This document shows, piece by piece, positions 16,454 through 25,652 of a DNA stretch of 64,000 nt. The notes under the pieces were generated by a model. It did not search any database, was not told where the DNA came from, and saw only the letters and a list, made by a program, of their open reading frames with translations. The stretch is from Candidatus Eiseniibacteriota bacterium (GTDB lineage: Bacteria > Eisenbacteria > RBG-16-71-46 > CAIMUX01 > VGJL01): contig CAWBWI010000002.1 of the NCBI GenBank assembly GCA_963792585.1, forward strand, positions 128,001-192,000, given 5' to 3'. Position 1 is the stretch's first letter. Every line of letters begins with the position of its first letter. A program made the position numbers and the translations under genes.

Positions 16454-18127
16454 CTATGATGTACCGACGATGCGGTACTCCTCACCCGTCGCGACTTCAA
16501 TGCCTTCATTGGAACCCCCTTCTTCCATGATTGAAGCGAAGTGCCGAACGAGAAACCGCTCGAGATCCCGGTGGGTCCAGTACGGTGTGTCAATGTTCGG
16601 CCGGTGGAAATCGAAGAACTCGGGCTCGCGCCTGACCACGGATACCCCCGGCATCGCCCCGGCAAGGATCTGGCCACCGAGGTCCGATCCGGGGAAGGGC
16701 GTGAACGCGCCGCCCATGACCGAGACCTCAACCCCCAGACGATCTGCCGAACTCAGAAGCGACCTGATGTAGTCCGATTGCCGGTCAAGATCGTCCTTTG
16801 AATTCCACGGGAAGCCAAAGATGGAGCCGAACCCGAGCGTAAGGTCCAGATCTTTCGCGATTCGCATGACCCGGGACGGCGACTGGAGTGACACCTTGCC
16901 CCCCTTGCGCGTGAGCCGGATGTCGCGCTCGGTTAGCCCGTCGAGGCCGATCTCCAGGTAAAGATCATGGACCGCCGTCCGAAGTCTCCCGAGCAGACCA
17001 TCCGCGTAGCGGGACTCCACGGAGTCCACGCGAGACTGGAGGCAGAGAGAGGCGGTGCGGAAGGCCGGATCGCGGTCCAGCATCTCAGTGAACTCCGCCG
17101 TGCGATGGCGGTTGTGGAGCAGCTCGTCGTCCAGGAGGGCGATGGTCGATGTCCCGTGCCGGAGTGCTCTCAGCCACTCGCTCCGGACCTCGTCCAGCGG
17201 CCGATATATCGTCGGGACGCCCCCGACCGTGCAATATGAGCAGGAGAATGGGCACCCGCTACCCCAGAAGGATGCCCCCGGGGTCTGGTAGCGGCCTGGG
17301 TCGACGAGATCCCATGACGGCGTCGGGATGCGCACATCCCTCCGTATCCAAGTGGATGTCCGAGGCGCGGACGGCTCAGCCCACAGATCCGGAAGTCGTC
17401 CTGCGAGGAGCTCGGCGAAGGCCTGTGGTGCCGACAAGAACCCCTGCTTGCCAGGCAAGACAAGATCGTAGCAGCCGGATGTGGCAGCTTCCTTCTCGAA
17501 ATCAGTGGCATGATGGCCGCCCAGTACAATGCCGCGGAAGCGAGGGCTCTCGCTTTGCGCCCACCGCCTGACCCAGGTTGAGACCTGCTGTGCCTCACCG
17601 CCGGCTGCGGTGATGGCGGAAATCCCGACGGCCAAAGGGCGGTATCGCCGGAGTGCCGGTACGATCCGCCAAGCCTCCCAGCGATTCACGGCCATGTCGA
17701 CAATCGCAACGGAGAATCCCGCCGCGCGAAGAGAACTCGCAATCAACATGACACCGAACGGCACGGGTGTCGGCACGTTGCCCGCGTAGGGGTAGTTCGC
17801 TACGACCAGGAGGATGTCGGTCGGGGTAATCCCCTCGGGAGCCGGCATGTGGGGCCAGGGGGGCGGCGATTCCTCTTCAAGCAGTACGCCAGACTGCTTC
17901 AAGAACTCGATCTGTTCTTCCGCGCGCGCTCTGCCGCCCGCGATGCGCGCGAGCCTCCGCGTGACATCTTGGACAGGCACTTGCGAACCCTTCAGCCCGA
18001 GTTTGAGCAGGGCCCTCAGGGTTGCGGGCGGAAGCAGCACGATCGTACTTGTCCGTGGCGCGTAGATCGAGATTTCGCCTCCCGCGGGATCCCCAATGAG
18101 GCAATTCGTCAGCCTCAGCGTCCTCAT
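16454..18127 (-). CDS. B12-binding radical SAM enzyme with an N-terminal RRE/PqqD-like extension
   Basis: B12 domain (PFGVMLIASSL, VGIS, LGGHH), CPFSCSYC motif, LLDDEL, IFGFP. TAATG coupling to the upstream gene. Confidence 0.88.
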   Translation of the reverse strand: MRTLRLTNCLIGDPAGGEISIYAPRTSTIVLLPPATLRALLKLGLKGSQVPVQDVTRRLARIAGGRARAEEQIEFLKQSGVLLEEESPPPWPHMPAPEGITPTDILLVVANYPYAGNVPTPVPFGVMLIASSLRAAGFSVAIVDMAVNRWEAWRIVPALRRYRPLAVGISAITAAGGEAQQVSTWVRRWAQSESPRFRGIVLGGHHATDFEKEAATSGCYDLVLPGKQGFLSAPQAFAELLAGRLPDLWAEPSAPRTSTWIRRDVRIPTPSWDLVDPGRYQTPGASFWGSGCPFSCSYCTVGGVPTIYRPLDEVRSEWLRALRHGTSTIALLDDELLHNRHRTAEFTEMLDRDPAFRTASLCLQSRVDSVESRYADGLLGRLRTAVHDLYLEIGLDGLTERDIRLTRKGGKVSLQSPSRVMRIAKDLDLTLGFGSIFGFPWNSKDDLDRQSDYIRSLLSSADRLGVEVSVMGGAFTPFPGSDLGGQILAGAMPGVSVVRREPEFFDFHRPNIDTPYWTHRDLERFLVRHFASIMEEGGSNEGIEVATGEEYRIVGTS

Positions 18128-19008
18128 TACGCCGATTTCCGAACGGAGCGGCCCTTCCGCCCAATGCAGAAGTCGTATCGCCACTCATGGGGAGTCGGCG
18201 TCTCGATGATCTTGACACGGCCGAAGCCAGCGCAACGCATTGCCAATCGGATGTCGCACGCCGTAACCCGCCAGACGGGGAATTCTCGGGCCACGACCGT
18301 GCCGTCCTCGCGTATTCGAACCGCGATCGTGTACGACTTCGTCGGGGTTGCGCCATACGCAACGTGACTTTCGATCATGAATGCGCGTCCGTCCTCGCCA
18401 ACACGGTGCACGACATCCCGATCCCTCGGGATCCACTGGTCACCGATGAAGATCAGCTCCCGTCCGTGGGCGTCGTATCGTTTCATGTCGATGATGGCAA
18501 TCCCCCCACGGTGGAGGACCTCAAGCATGTTCCGAAAGACGCCCGCGAGTTCACTCGGCGGAATGTGGCATAGCGAATTGCCGGTACAGAGGACGACCTC
18601 TTGGCCCCGAAACTCCGTCGTGTCCGAGAGGATCTGCCAGGCGACCGGTTTGGGAAGGACACGGATACCGAGGCCGAGTGACCGCACCCGGGTGCGCAGG
18701 ATATCAAGCATAGCGCCGCTGCCGTCGGACGCGGTCATGCGGTATCCAAGATGGCTAAGCCCCACGGATGGATTCCCGGTTCCGGCGGCACAGTCCAGAA
18801 CGCGCAACTCACGACGTTCTCTGCCTGGGAGTTCCGCCCGAATCATGCGGTCGATCAAGCTCGCGGGTTGAGGCGAATCCCACCAGCCGAGCCACAGGTC
18901 GTAGATGGACGGCAAATCGGCCTGCCAGTAGTCCAAAAGATATGACGCGGCGCCGGTTGCGCGCGCCAAAGCGGCGCACTCCTCACTCAAAGGGAACAAC
19001 CTTCCCAT
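18127..19008 (-). CDS. Class I SAM methyltransferase, glycine/sarcosine N-methyltransferase-like
   Basis: VLDCAAGTG, ASDGSGAML, LCTGNSLCH. Start approximate. Confidence 0.85.
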   Translation of the reverse strand: MGRLFPLSEECAALARATGAASYLLDYWQADLPSIYDLWLGWWDSPQPASLIDRMIRAELPGRERRELRVLDCAAGTGNPSVGLSHLGYRMTASDGSGAMLDILRTRVRSLGLGIRVLPKPVAWQILSDTTEFRGQEVVLCTGNSLCHIPPSELAGVFRNMLEVLHRGGIAIIDMKRYDAHGRELIFIGDQWIPRDRDVVHRVGEDGRAFMIESHVAYGATPTKSYTIAVRIREDGTVVAREFPVWRVTACDIRLAMRCAGFGRVKIIETPTPHEWRYDFCIGRKGRSVRKSA

Positions 19009-20113
19009 CGCGGATGGTGAGGACTCGCATGGGCTGTTCAACGTCCCCATTCTCGAGGACCGTGAGCGTTCCGGCCGCCCCCTCATATCCACTGACTTCA
19101 TGAAGCCCGCGGCGAATGCCTTCGGCCGAGTATCCGTATCTCTTGATCGCCTCAAGGACGAGCTTGGCTGCATCGTAGCTGTTGGGGGCGTAGTTCTCGG
19201 GATCCTTCCCGTATCGCGCTCGGAACGCCGCATTGAATGCCTGCACGCTCCGACCGCCTGTCGCCGGGTCAAGCGTCCCGGAGGCGAAGACAACCCCTTC
19301 CGCTGCGCTCCCCGCGATCTCACGGACCTCGGGTGCTTCGGCCGTCTGATGGGCGAGTACGGGGAGTGTGACCGCGAGCTCGTGACGCTGCTTTAGGAAG
19401 ACGCCGGTCTCTGTGGCGAATCCAGCGAAGAACATTGCATCGGGTCTAGATGCAGAGATGCGAGTGAGTTGGGAGCGTAGGTCGGTCGCCCCTTGAGATG
19501 CTTTCTCGATGCCCGTCACGGTACCGCCAAGACCCTTGAACGCCATCCGGAACTCTTCCGCAACTCCAAAGGGACCTGCGGATTCCACATAGATGATCGC
19601 GATGTGCCGGTAGCCCATCCGTTCATAGGCAAAGCTCGCCGTCACCTGGCCTTCGTACACGTCCGAAGCGATCGTGCGGAAGAAGTTGGGAGACTTCCCC
19701 GTGAGGCCGTGGTCCGTAGCGGACGGGGAGACAATGACGGTCCCATGCCGATCACAGACTGGCAGGACCGCCTGTACCTCAGAACTCGCCATGGGACCGA
19801 TGACGACGGGCACTCTGTCCACAGTGGAGAGTTTCGTCACGGCGGAGACGGCCTCGCTCGGGGTCATCCTGGTGTTCTCGTACACCACCACAATGGGTCG
19901 TCCGTTGATGCCGCCAGCCTTGTTGGCCTCCTCCACTGCAAGATCGATGGCCATCCGCGCGTTACTACCGTAGACGGCACCGTCCCCGGTGAGTGGAAGG
20001 GCCGCACCGAGCTTTGTGGCGTGTTCTTCTCGCGCGCAGCCAACCAGGACGGTAGTGAGGACAGCCGCGCAGGCGATGAGTCGTATGACTATCCGGTCCG
20101 CTTCAGCTTTCAT
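18983..20113 (-). CDS. ABC substrate-binding lipoprotein (LivK/LivJ-like)
   Basis: Lipobox LVGC, PLTGDGAVYG, GGINGRPI, FFRT, NSYDA. Confidence 0.9.
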   Translation of the reverse strand: MKAEADRIVIRLIACAAVLTTVLVGCAREEHATKLGAALPLTGDGAVYGSNARMAIDLAVEEANKAGGINGRPIVVVYENTRMTPSEAVSAVTKLSTVDRVPVVIGPMASSEVQAVLPVCDRHGTVIVSPSATDHGLTGKSPNFFRTIASDVYEGQVTASFAYERMGYRHIAIIYVESAGPFGVAEEFRMAFKGLGGTVTGIEKASQGATDLRSQLTRISASRPDAMFFAGFATETGVFLKQRHELAVTLPVLAHQTAEAPEVREIAGSAAEGVVFASGTLDPATGGRSVQAFNAAFRARYGKDPENYAPNSYDAAKLVLEAIKRYGYSAEGIRRGLHEVSGYEGAAGTLTVLENGDVEQPMRVLTIRDGKVVPFE

Positions 20114-20447
20114 TATTGAGCTACCTCCACGGGTTCCCTTCCGCACCAGCACGCATTATCTGTGGCGTGGGGTCAGTCGCCGACCGACTCCTTCGCGGTG
20201 CCCGACACCCGCTGGTGCCGCCGGTTGGGTAGTCTACCACTCTGCCAGGCCCAGTAAAGTCCCATCTGCCGATCCCTTGACTCATCGACTCATCCAACTT
20301 CTTGCAGTCTTGGGGGATTTCGAGGGAATCGCTTCGTGAGGCTTCCATTCTGGGGCCCGTGCGAATCCTGGGATCGCGCGATCTCGCGCCGCAGTCCCGG
20401 GACGGATCTTCGAGAGGCCCACGGACCCGCTCGGCACCGAGGCGTCG

Positions 20448-21085
20448 GCCGGGGCCGGGTGGGGACATCTCGATCTGACTGCGGAGAATCTGGACTGATC
20501 GCCCGGAGTTCGCCGTACCGGGTGGCCATGTCAGCGGCCGTCCTGTCTCCCGCCCGGCTCCTCGACCTTCAGCTTCACCCGTAGCCCAGACTTTGTAGCA
20601 CAGGCGACCACAGGATGCCGGATTGCCTCGATCGAACGGCCCTGCCTCCCGATCACTAGGCCGACCTCTCCGGGTGCGACCCGGATGGCCAAGTGAATGA
20701 ATCCGTCGTCGGCTGGTTCGGCTGCGACCTCGACGGCTTCCGGCTGGTCGACGAGCATCTGAACCAATCGGCGTGTGAATTCCCGGATCTCGGTATGCAC
20801 GGAGCACGCCCTCCTGCATGGTCAGGGGTGACGTATCTATGTGGGACGAGGGTGACCACAAACAACTAGCCCCCGTCGGCTCACCGTCGCCGGATCTGAG
20901 TCGCTCCTGCGAAGCGCATTCTCCTGGACTATGTGACATGGGTGGGCAGCCCTTGGATGCACCGCTCCGCCCACCTCCGTGGGAATCCGTGACGGCATCG
21001 GAGATGAACTGTCCGGCAACGGCTCTATGTGACGGATCCAGGGAGGGGCTCCTCCGCCCAGAGTCACGTCACGACCGGCCGTGCC
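20448..21085. repeat. khpA-bearing repeat unit, copy 1
   Basis: Long co-linear similarity with about 31863-32500 across coding and non-coding parts. Partial matches at 27482-27524 and about 48690-48780. Confidence 0.85.
20531..20800 (-). CDS. khpA: KH-domain RNA-binding protein (KhpA-like), copy 1
   Basis: LVDQPEAVEV...GEVGLVIGRQGRSIEAIR with the GxxG loop intact. Confidence 0.85.
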   Translation of the reverse strand: MHTEIREFTRRLVQMLVDQPEAVEVAAEPADDGFIHLAIRVAPGEVGLVIGRQGRSIEAIRHPVVACATKSGLRVKLKVEEPGGRQDGR

Positions 21086-21454
21086 GATATCGAGGACCGC
21101 GCGAAGTTTCCAGCGGGTCATAGGGCTCGGCCGGTATCGCCCCAGCTCGGTGTTCCGCACCGTCCTCGGATCCCGGCTGGTTCTGGCGGCCAACTCGGCC
21201 TGGGTCATCCCGAGGGGCCAACGGGCGGTTCGGGCACGGGACCCGATCGCGGCGTCCTGCGAAAGCAAATCGACCCCGAGAACCTTTGCGATGCTCGCGC
21301 ACGAGGATGCGAGCGGCCTGGTCGCGCCGGACTCCCCGTTCGCCAGGGCCCGTGTCGTTCGCCCGAGTCGGTCCGCCAGTCCCGCCTGAGTCAGGCAGAG
21401 GTCCATTCGCTGTTGGCGGAGGGGATTTTCGGCCGGATCAGGGCTACTTGACAA
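21060..21454 (-). CDS. Tandem XRE HTH regulator (possibly decayed; ORF runs on into the repeat to 20837)
   Basis: Two HTH units: LTQAGLADRLG and GMTQAELAART...RNTELGRYRPS. Confidence 0.6.
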
Positions 21455-21533
21455 CCCGCATTGATAAGATATCCTCTTTGGGCGATGCCCGGCGCGGTTA
21501 CTGGCTGACGGGGGCTACCAGGAGTACTCTGCA

Positions 21534-24149
21534 ATGGTTTCCTGGATCTTCATTCTTGTGGTTTCGCTGGTTTTGGCAGGCGCTGCGCAACGCACATGGC
21601 GGAACCGATGCTTCTCCAAGTTTGCACGGCTTCATGACCAAGCGGTTCGGGCCGCCACCCCTGCGCTCCTGCATCACGCGTATGCTACTTTCCGTCGAAG
21701 TGGACTCTATCTCTCCAGAGCATATTGGCCCCTTATCACCAGGGACTTGACCATCCCAAGACTATTTCTGACGCAAGATCTTAACTCCGTCCTTCTTTGG
21801 GGACGATCGCGCGATAATCTTAGCGTCGTCGCCCATATTGCCAGCAGGACCAATCAGTGGCTTGCAGTCACCTCCAACCGCCTCGGCTATATTTCAGCTT
21901 CCATCACACATGCGCATCAATCAGTTCAATGGGCTCGATTAACGTCTGATTCACAAGCGATCGGTGGAGCATTGAACTGCCTGGGCAGCATCATGTCACC
22001 ATTCGATGCGGACTACGCTCGTAAGTGTTTTCTCGAGGATTTTAGCCATCGCAGCGATCCGTCAACGTACCTCGATCTTGCGAAAAACAGCATCGGCGCA
22101 TCGGAGTTCGCCGGTGCTCTTGAGTACCTGGAGATGGCGGAGCGCTTGTCGACGGGAGATGCGGAGGTTGACCACAAAAGCACGTTCCTCAGGGTCGAGC
22201 TGTTTCTTCGCCGCCGAGAGTACTCTCAAGCGGAGTCGCTTCTCGATTCAATGAGCGGGTGCGAGGACTCCGTGATATCCACCGGATCCTATCCGGAACT
22301 CATGGCTCGGCTTCTGCTGGAGACCGGACGAGGCAAGGAAGCCAACACCTACCTCATTGGTACCAAGTTACTAGCTGCCGACCCAATGATGCCATTGCCT
22401 CAGCTGGCAGCTGAGACCTGCAATTTTGGCTGGTGCGCCGAGCTGGTGGGAGACACGGAGACCGCCGTCGACAGGTATCTGAGGTCCGTTGACTGTTTAG
22501 AGCGGTTGCGACTCCTGAATCCAGAGGGGTTGCGACTCGGGTTCTTGAAGAAGGACAACCACCTTCGTCCGTACAAACGGCTCGTGGCACTGCTCGCACG
22601 AACTACTTTGCCGATCTCCGACCTAGACGAACGAGGATTCGGTAGGACGAATAGAGAAGCGGCTCTCTTCTTTGCGGACGCGGCGAGAGCGCGCGTACTT
22701 CTTGAACAGGTGGCGGCCAGGAGCAGGCCGGCGTCTGAGATCCGGAACAGCGCGCTGGTTCGAAAGGAGCGACGACTACGTGCTCGCCTGTTGAACGCGA
22801 CGCTGGCGACGGAAGCTGAAGCGGTGGCCTCTGGGTTTGAAACAGGGAGATTTGATCGAAGCGACGACGGCAAACTTGTATGGAGGGTGGCGTCAGCACC
22901 GAAGGAGTATATCAGGGCATGCGATCGGCGTACCGGCATTGAGAAGGAGCTGCGGGCGTGCGTGAAAGATCTGGTCGGTTCTGATCCTGGTTATGCATCT
23001 ACGCACTACCCGATACCGATTGCTGGCTGGGAAACGACCCTGAGGCCGAACGAGGTTGTCATCGAGTATGCACTCAGTCACCCGGAGAGTTATGCATTCG
23101 TCATATCCAAAGATGGCATCAGAGATGTAGTGGAGATTGCGGCGAGCGATGACCTAATTCGATGTAAGATCAAGGGATTCGTTGAGGCGATCGTCAGCGA
23201 GGACATTGTCGAGCGGGAAGCGCTTGGGTCTGAGTTATTCAATCTCCTGCTTTCCCCTGCGATCACGAATCTTGATGGCGCGGAGTCCCTGGTGATGATC
23301 CCGGACACGGGGATGTGGGGCTTGGCTTTTGGCGTCCTTCCCGTAGCAGGGCGCGTAGGGAATGGAGTGTCAACGTACGTGGGTGACCGCTGGCCGATTA
23401 GCTACCATGCGTCTTTGTCCAGCCTCCGACTTAACAGAACTAGAGCTAGAGTGGCTTCACGACGGCCGTTCTTTGGTCTTGGAAACCCGGCGTTCGGGCC
23501 GGGTGAGGTGGTGACGGCGGCCGTGGCAGGAGGAATCGTGCGACGGGCAGGCTTGTCGAGACCAGGATACAACGTGGAGGCGCTTCCGGAAACCGAGGAG
23601 GAGATCAGTGCTGCAGCGCGGCTCCTCCGAGCCGAGGTAGCGCCGCCGGATGTGCTCCTGCGAGAAAATGCGAGCAGGGCGATGCTTGAACGGACAGATC
23701 TGTCAAAATACAGGATTATTCACTTTGCGACACACGCAATAGCCAGCGATGACATCGCGGAACTCCGCGAACCCGTGATCGTGTTGTCGGGAGAAGCAGG
23801 GCAGGGACCGCAGGTGCTCCGAGCGGGCGAGGTGGCAGCCCTGAGACTGACCGGGTGTGAGCTTGTCGTGCTGTCCGCGTGCAGGACCGGCGTTGGCGAA
23901 GAGGTTCCAGGAGAAGGTCACTGTAGCCTTGCGTGGGCCTTTCAGCAGGCCGGGGCGAAGGCAGTGATCATGAGTCTCTGGGACGTCCCCTCGGTGGCCA
24001 CCGCAAGGCTCTTTGAGGAGTTCTATCGACGCGTGGCAGCGGGATGCAGCTTCGTGAGTAGTCTGGACGAGGCACGTAGACTTGTCCGTAACGAGTTCGG
24101 ATCCCCGCTGTTTTGGGGAGGGTTTGTGTTGGTGGGAGACGAGTGGTAA
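21534..24149 (+). CDS. TPR-CHAT (caspase-like) protease with an N-terminal hydrophobic helix
   Basis: IIHFATHA (His), LVVLSACRTG (Cys), AGAKAVIMSLWDV, PLFWGGFVLVG, TPR-like repeats. Confidence 0.92.
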   Translation: MVSWIFILVVSLVLAGAAQRTWRNRCFSKFARLHDQAVRAATPALLHHAYATFRRSGLYLSRAYWPLITRDLTIPRLFLTQDLNSVLLWGRSRDNLSVVAHIASRTNQWLAVTSNRLGYISASITHAHQSVQWARLTSDSQAIGGALNCLGSIMSPFDADYARKCFLEDFSHRSDPSTYLDLAKNSIGASEFAGALEYLEMAERLSTGDAEVDHKSTFLRVELFLRRREYSQAESLLDSMSGCEDSVISTGSYPELMARLLLETGRGKEANTYLIGTKLLAADPMMPLPQLAAETCNFGWCAELVGDTETAVDRYLRSVDCLERLRLLNPEGLRLGFLKKDNHLRPYKRLVALLARTTLPISDLDERGFGRTNREAALFFADAARARVLLEQVAARSRPASEIRNSALVRKERRLRARLLNATLATEAEAVASGFETGRFDRSDDGKLVWRVASAPKEYIRACDRRTGIEKELRACVKDLVGSDPGYASTHYPIPIAGWETTLRPNEVVIEYALSHPESYAFVISKDGIRDVVEIAASDDLIRCKIKGFVEAIVSEDIVEREALGSELFNLLLSPAITNLDGAESLVMIPDTGMWGLAFGVLPVAGRVGNGVSTYVGDRWPISYHASLSSLRLNRTRARVASRRPFFGLGNPAFGPGEVVTAAVAGGIVRRAGLSRPGYNVEALPETEEEISAAARLLRAEVAPPDVLLRENASRAMLERTDLSKYRIIHFATHAIASDDIAELREPVIVLSGEAGQGPQVLRAGEVAALRLTGCELVVLSACRTGVGEEVPGEGHCSLAWAFQQAGAKAVIMSLWDVPSVATARLFEEFYRRVAAGCSFVSSLDEARRLVRNEFGSPLFWGGFVLVGDEW

Positions 24150-24233
24150 TCCAAGTGAAGGGTACAAAGGGTGGCAACGGTGGTCACAGAACGTAGAGCA
24201 TTGGTGCTGAGAGCCACCTTGATTGGGGGAACC

Positions 24234-24590
24234 ATGACCGATGAGATCAGTATCCGTTCCTCGGAGTTGTCGGCGGCGGACTTGATTCAGTCATTAGTTG
24301 CGCCGGATTCGGGCAACGGGGATCTTCGACTCGAACTCAGACAGCGCGGTACGCGTGTCCGGAGTATCGATCAAACGGTGTTGGTTGCGATCGTAGGGGC
24401 GAGCGGAACGGCTCTGGGTGCATTGATTGCCGGTGTGCTCAACTTGGCGGCACAGAAGGGAGGAAGGAAGGTCATCATTGTTGGAAGAACAGGCCGGAGG
24501 TTAGAAATCACCGGGCGGCCCACTCCCGAGGAACTCGAAGGATACGTACAGATCGCCCGGGAGATTGACGCCGAGATCATCAAGCTGTAG
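24234..24590 (+). CDS. EACC1-like (effector-associated constant component) small protein
   Basis: N-terminal strand-helix-strand, Gly-rich hydrophobic segment (VLVAIVGASGTALGALIAGVL), then KVIIVGRTGRRLEI hairpin. Adjacent to a caspase-like protease. Confidence 0.6.
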   Translation: MTDEISIRSSELSAADLIQSLVAPDSGNGDLRLELRQRGTRVRSIDQTVLVAIVGASGTALGALIAGVLNLAAQKGGRKVIIVGRTGRRLEITGRPTPEELEGYVQIAREIDAEIIKL

Positions 24591-24858
24591 TAGTGCCGCA
24601 AGCAACGGCCATCCATCTAACCGTATGGTGCCTTCTCAGAAGTAGGTAGCCGCAATCTCTCGAACCTCGTGAACTCGCGCCGCAGCGCTGATTGGCGCAC
24701 CGCTTCACGGGTGCGGCCAATCTGAACTTCTCCCGAGGGACCTGGTTGCAGTTTGCAGTTGCTCCGGCGCCACACGCGCATCGCCCTCGACTACGGCGGG
24801 GTTGTCGCAGCCGCTCAGTCGCGGGTGATGTCTCTCTAGGTCAACCCGATGGTTTCGG

Positions 24859-25533
24859 TGCGCGTTTCGCTCCATCGTGAACGCCAAGATCGGCGCATCG
24901 TGAACAGTCAGATCGGACCATCGTGAACACCGGGATCGGGGTCGTGAACACGGCCCGGTCGGCGACACTGCCCCGTTGGGTGGCAGGGGAACCGGCTGAG
25001 GTGAGGGACGCTGGATAGTCGGTAACACCGTTCGCCCTTCGCCAAGGAGGGACGATGACCAAGGAGCGACTGCCCATGCGGAAGGTACGAGAGATTCTGC
25101 GCCTGGTTGGGGGGCTGTCCGGGACTTACCGGGACGCGGCCTGCAGCCTCGGGGTGAGCCTGGGAATCGTGGCGGCGACAGTCCGGCAGGCGACGGACGC
25201 GGGCCTGGACTGGCCCGGGGTGGAGGCGTTGCCCGACGACGCCCCCGGGCACCGACTCTACGGTTCCGTCCCGATCCTGGGCGAAGAGCGACCGCGCCCG
25301 GATTGCGCGTGGCTCCACACGGAGCGCCACCTGCCCGGAGTGACGCTGGCCCTGCTCCACCTGGAATACTTGGAACGCCACCTGAACGGGTACCGCTACA
25401 CCCAGTTCTGCGAGTACTACCGGCAGTGGCTCTCCCGCCGGCGCCTGAGCGTGCGTCAGGTACACCGGGCCGGCGAGAAGGCGTTCCTGGATTACGCCGG
25501 GAAGAAGCCACACCTGATCGATCCCGCGACCGG
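24859..25533 (+). mobile_element. istA: IS21-family left end and truncated istA (from 25055)
   Basis: Terminal tandem TCGTGAAC repeats, MRKVREILRL, GYRYTQFCEYY, HRAGEKAFLDYAG, then truncation. Confidence 0.88.
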
Positions 25534-25652
25534 TGTCAGGTTTCAACTGAACCGGCACACTGTCTTGGTTCAGCGTGAACATGACACGTCGACCTGCCCG
25601 ACAGGGCGGCCGTTCCGCCCGGGCGCTCCGTTCGGCGGCGACACTTCCGTGA

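Noticed and set aside
24885..24955. Tandem TCGTGAAC repeats
   Set aside because: IS21 left-end transposase binding sites directly upstream of istA.
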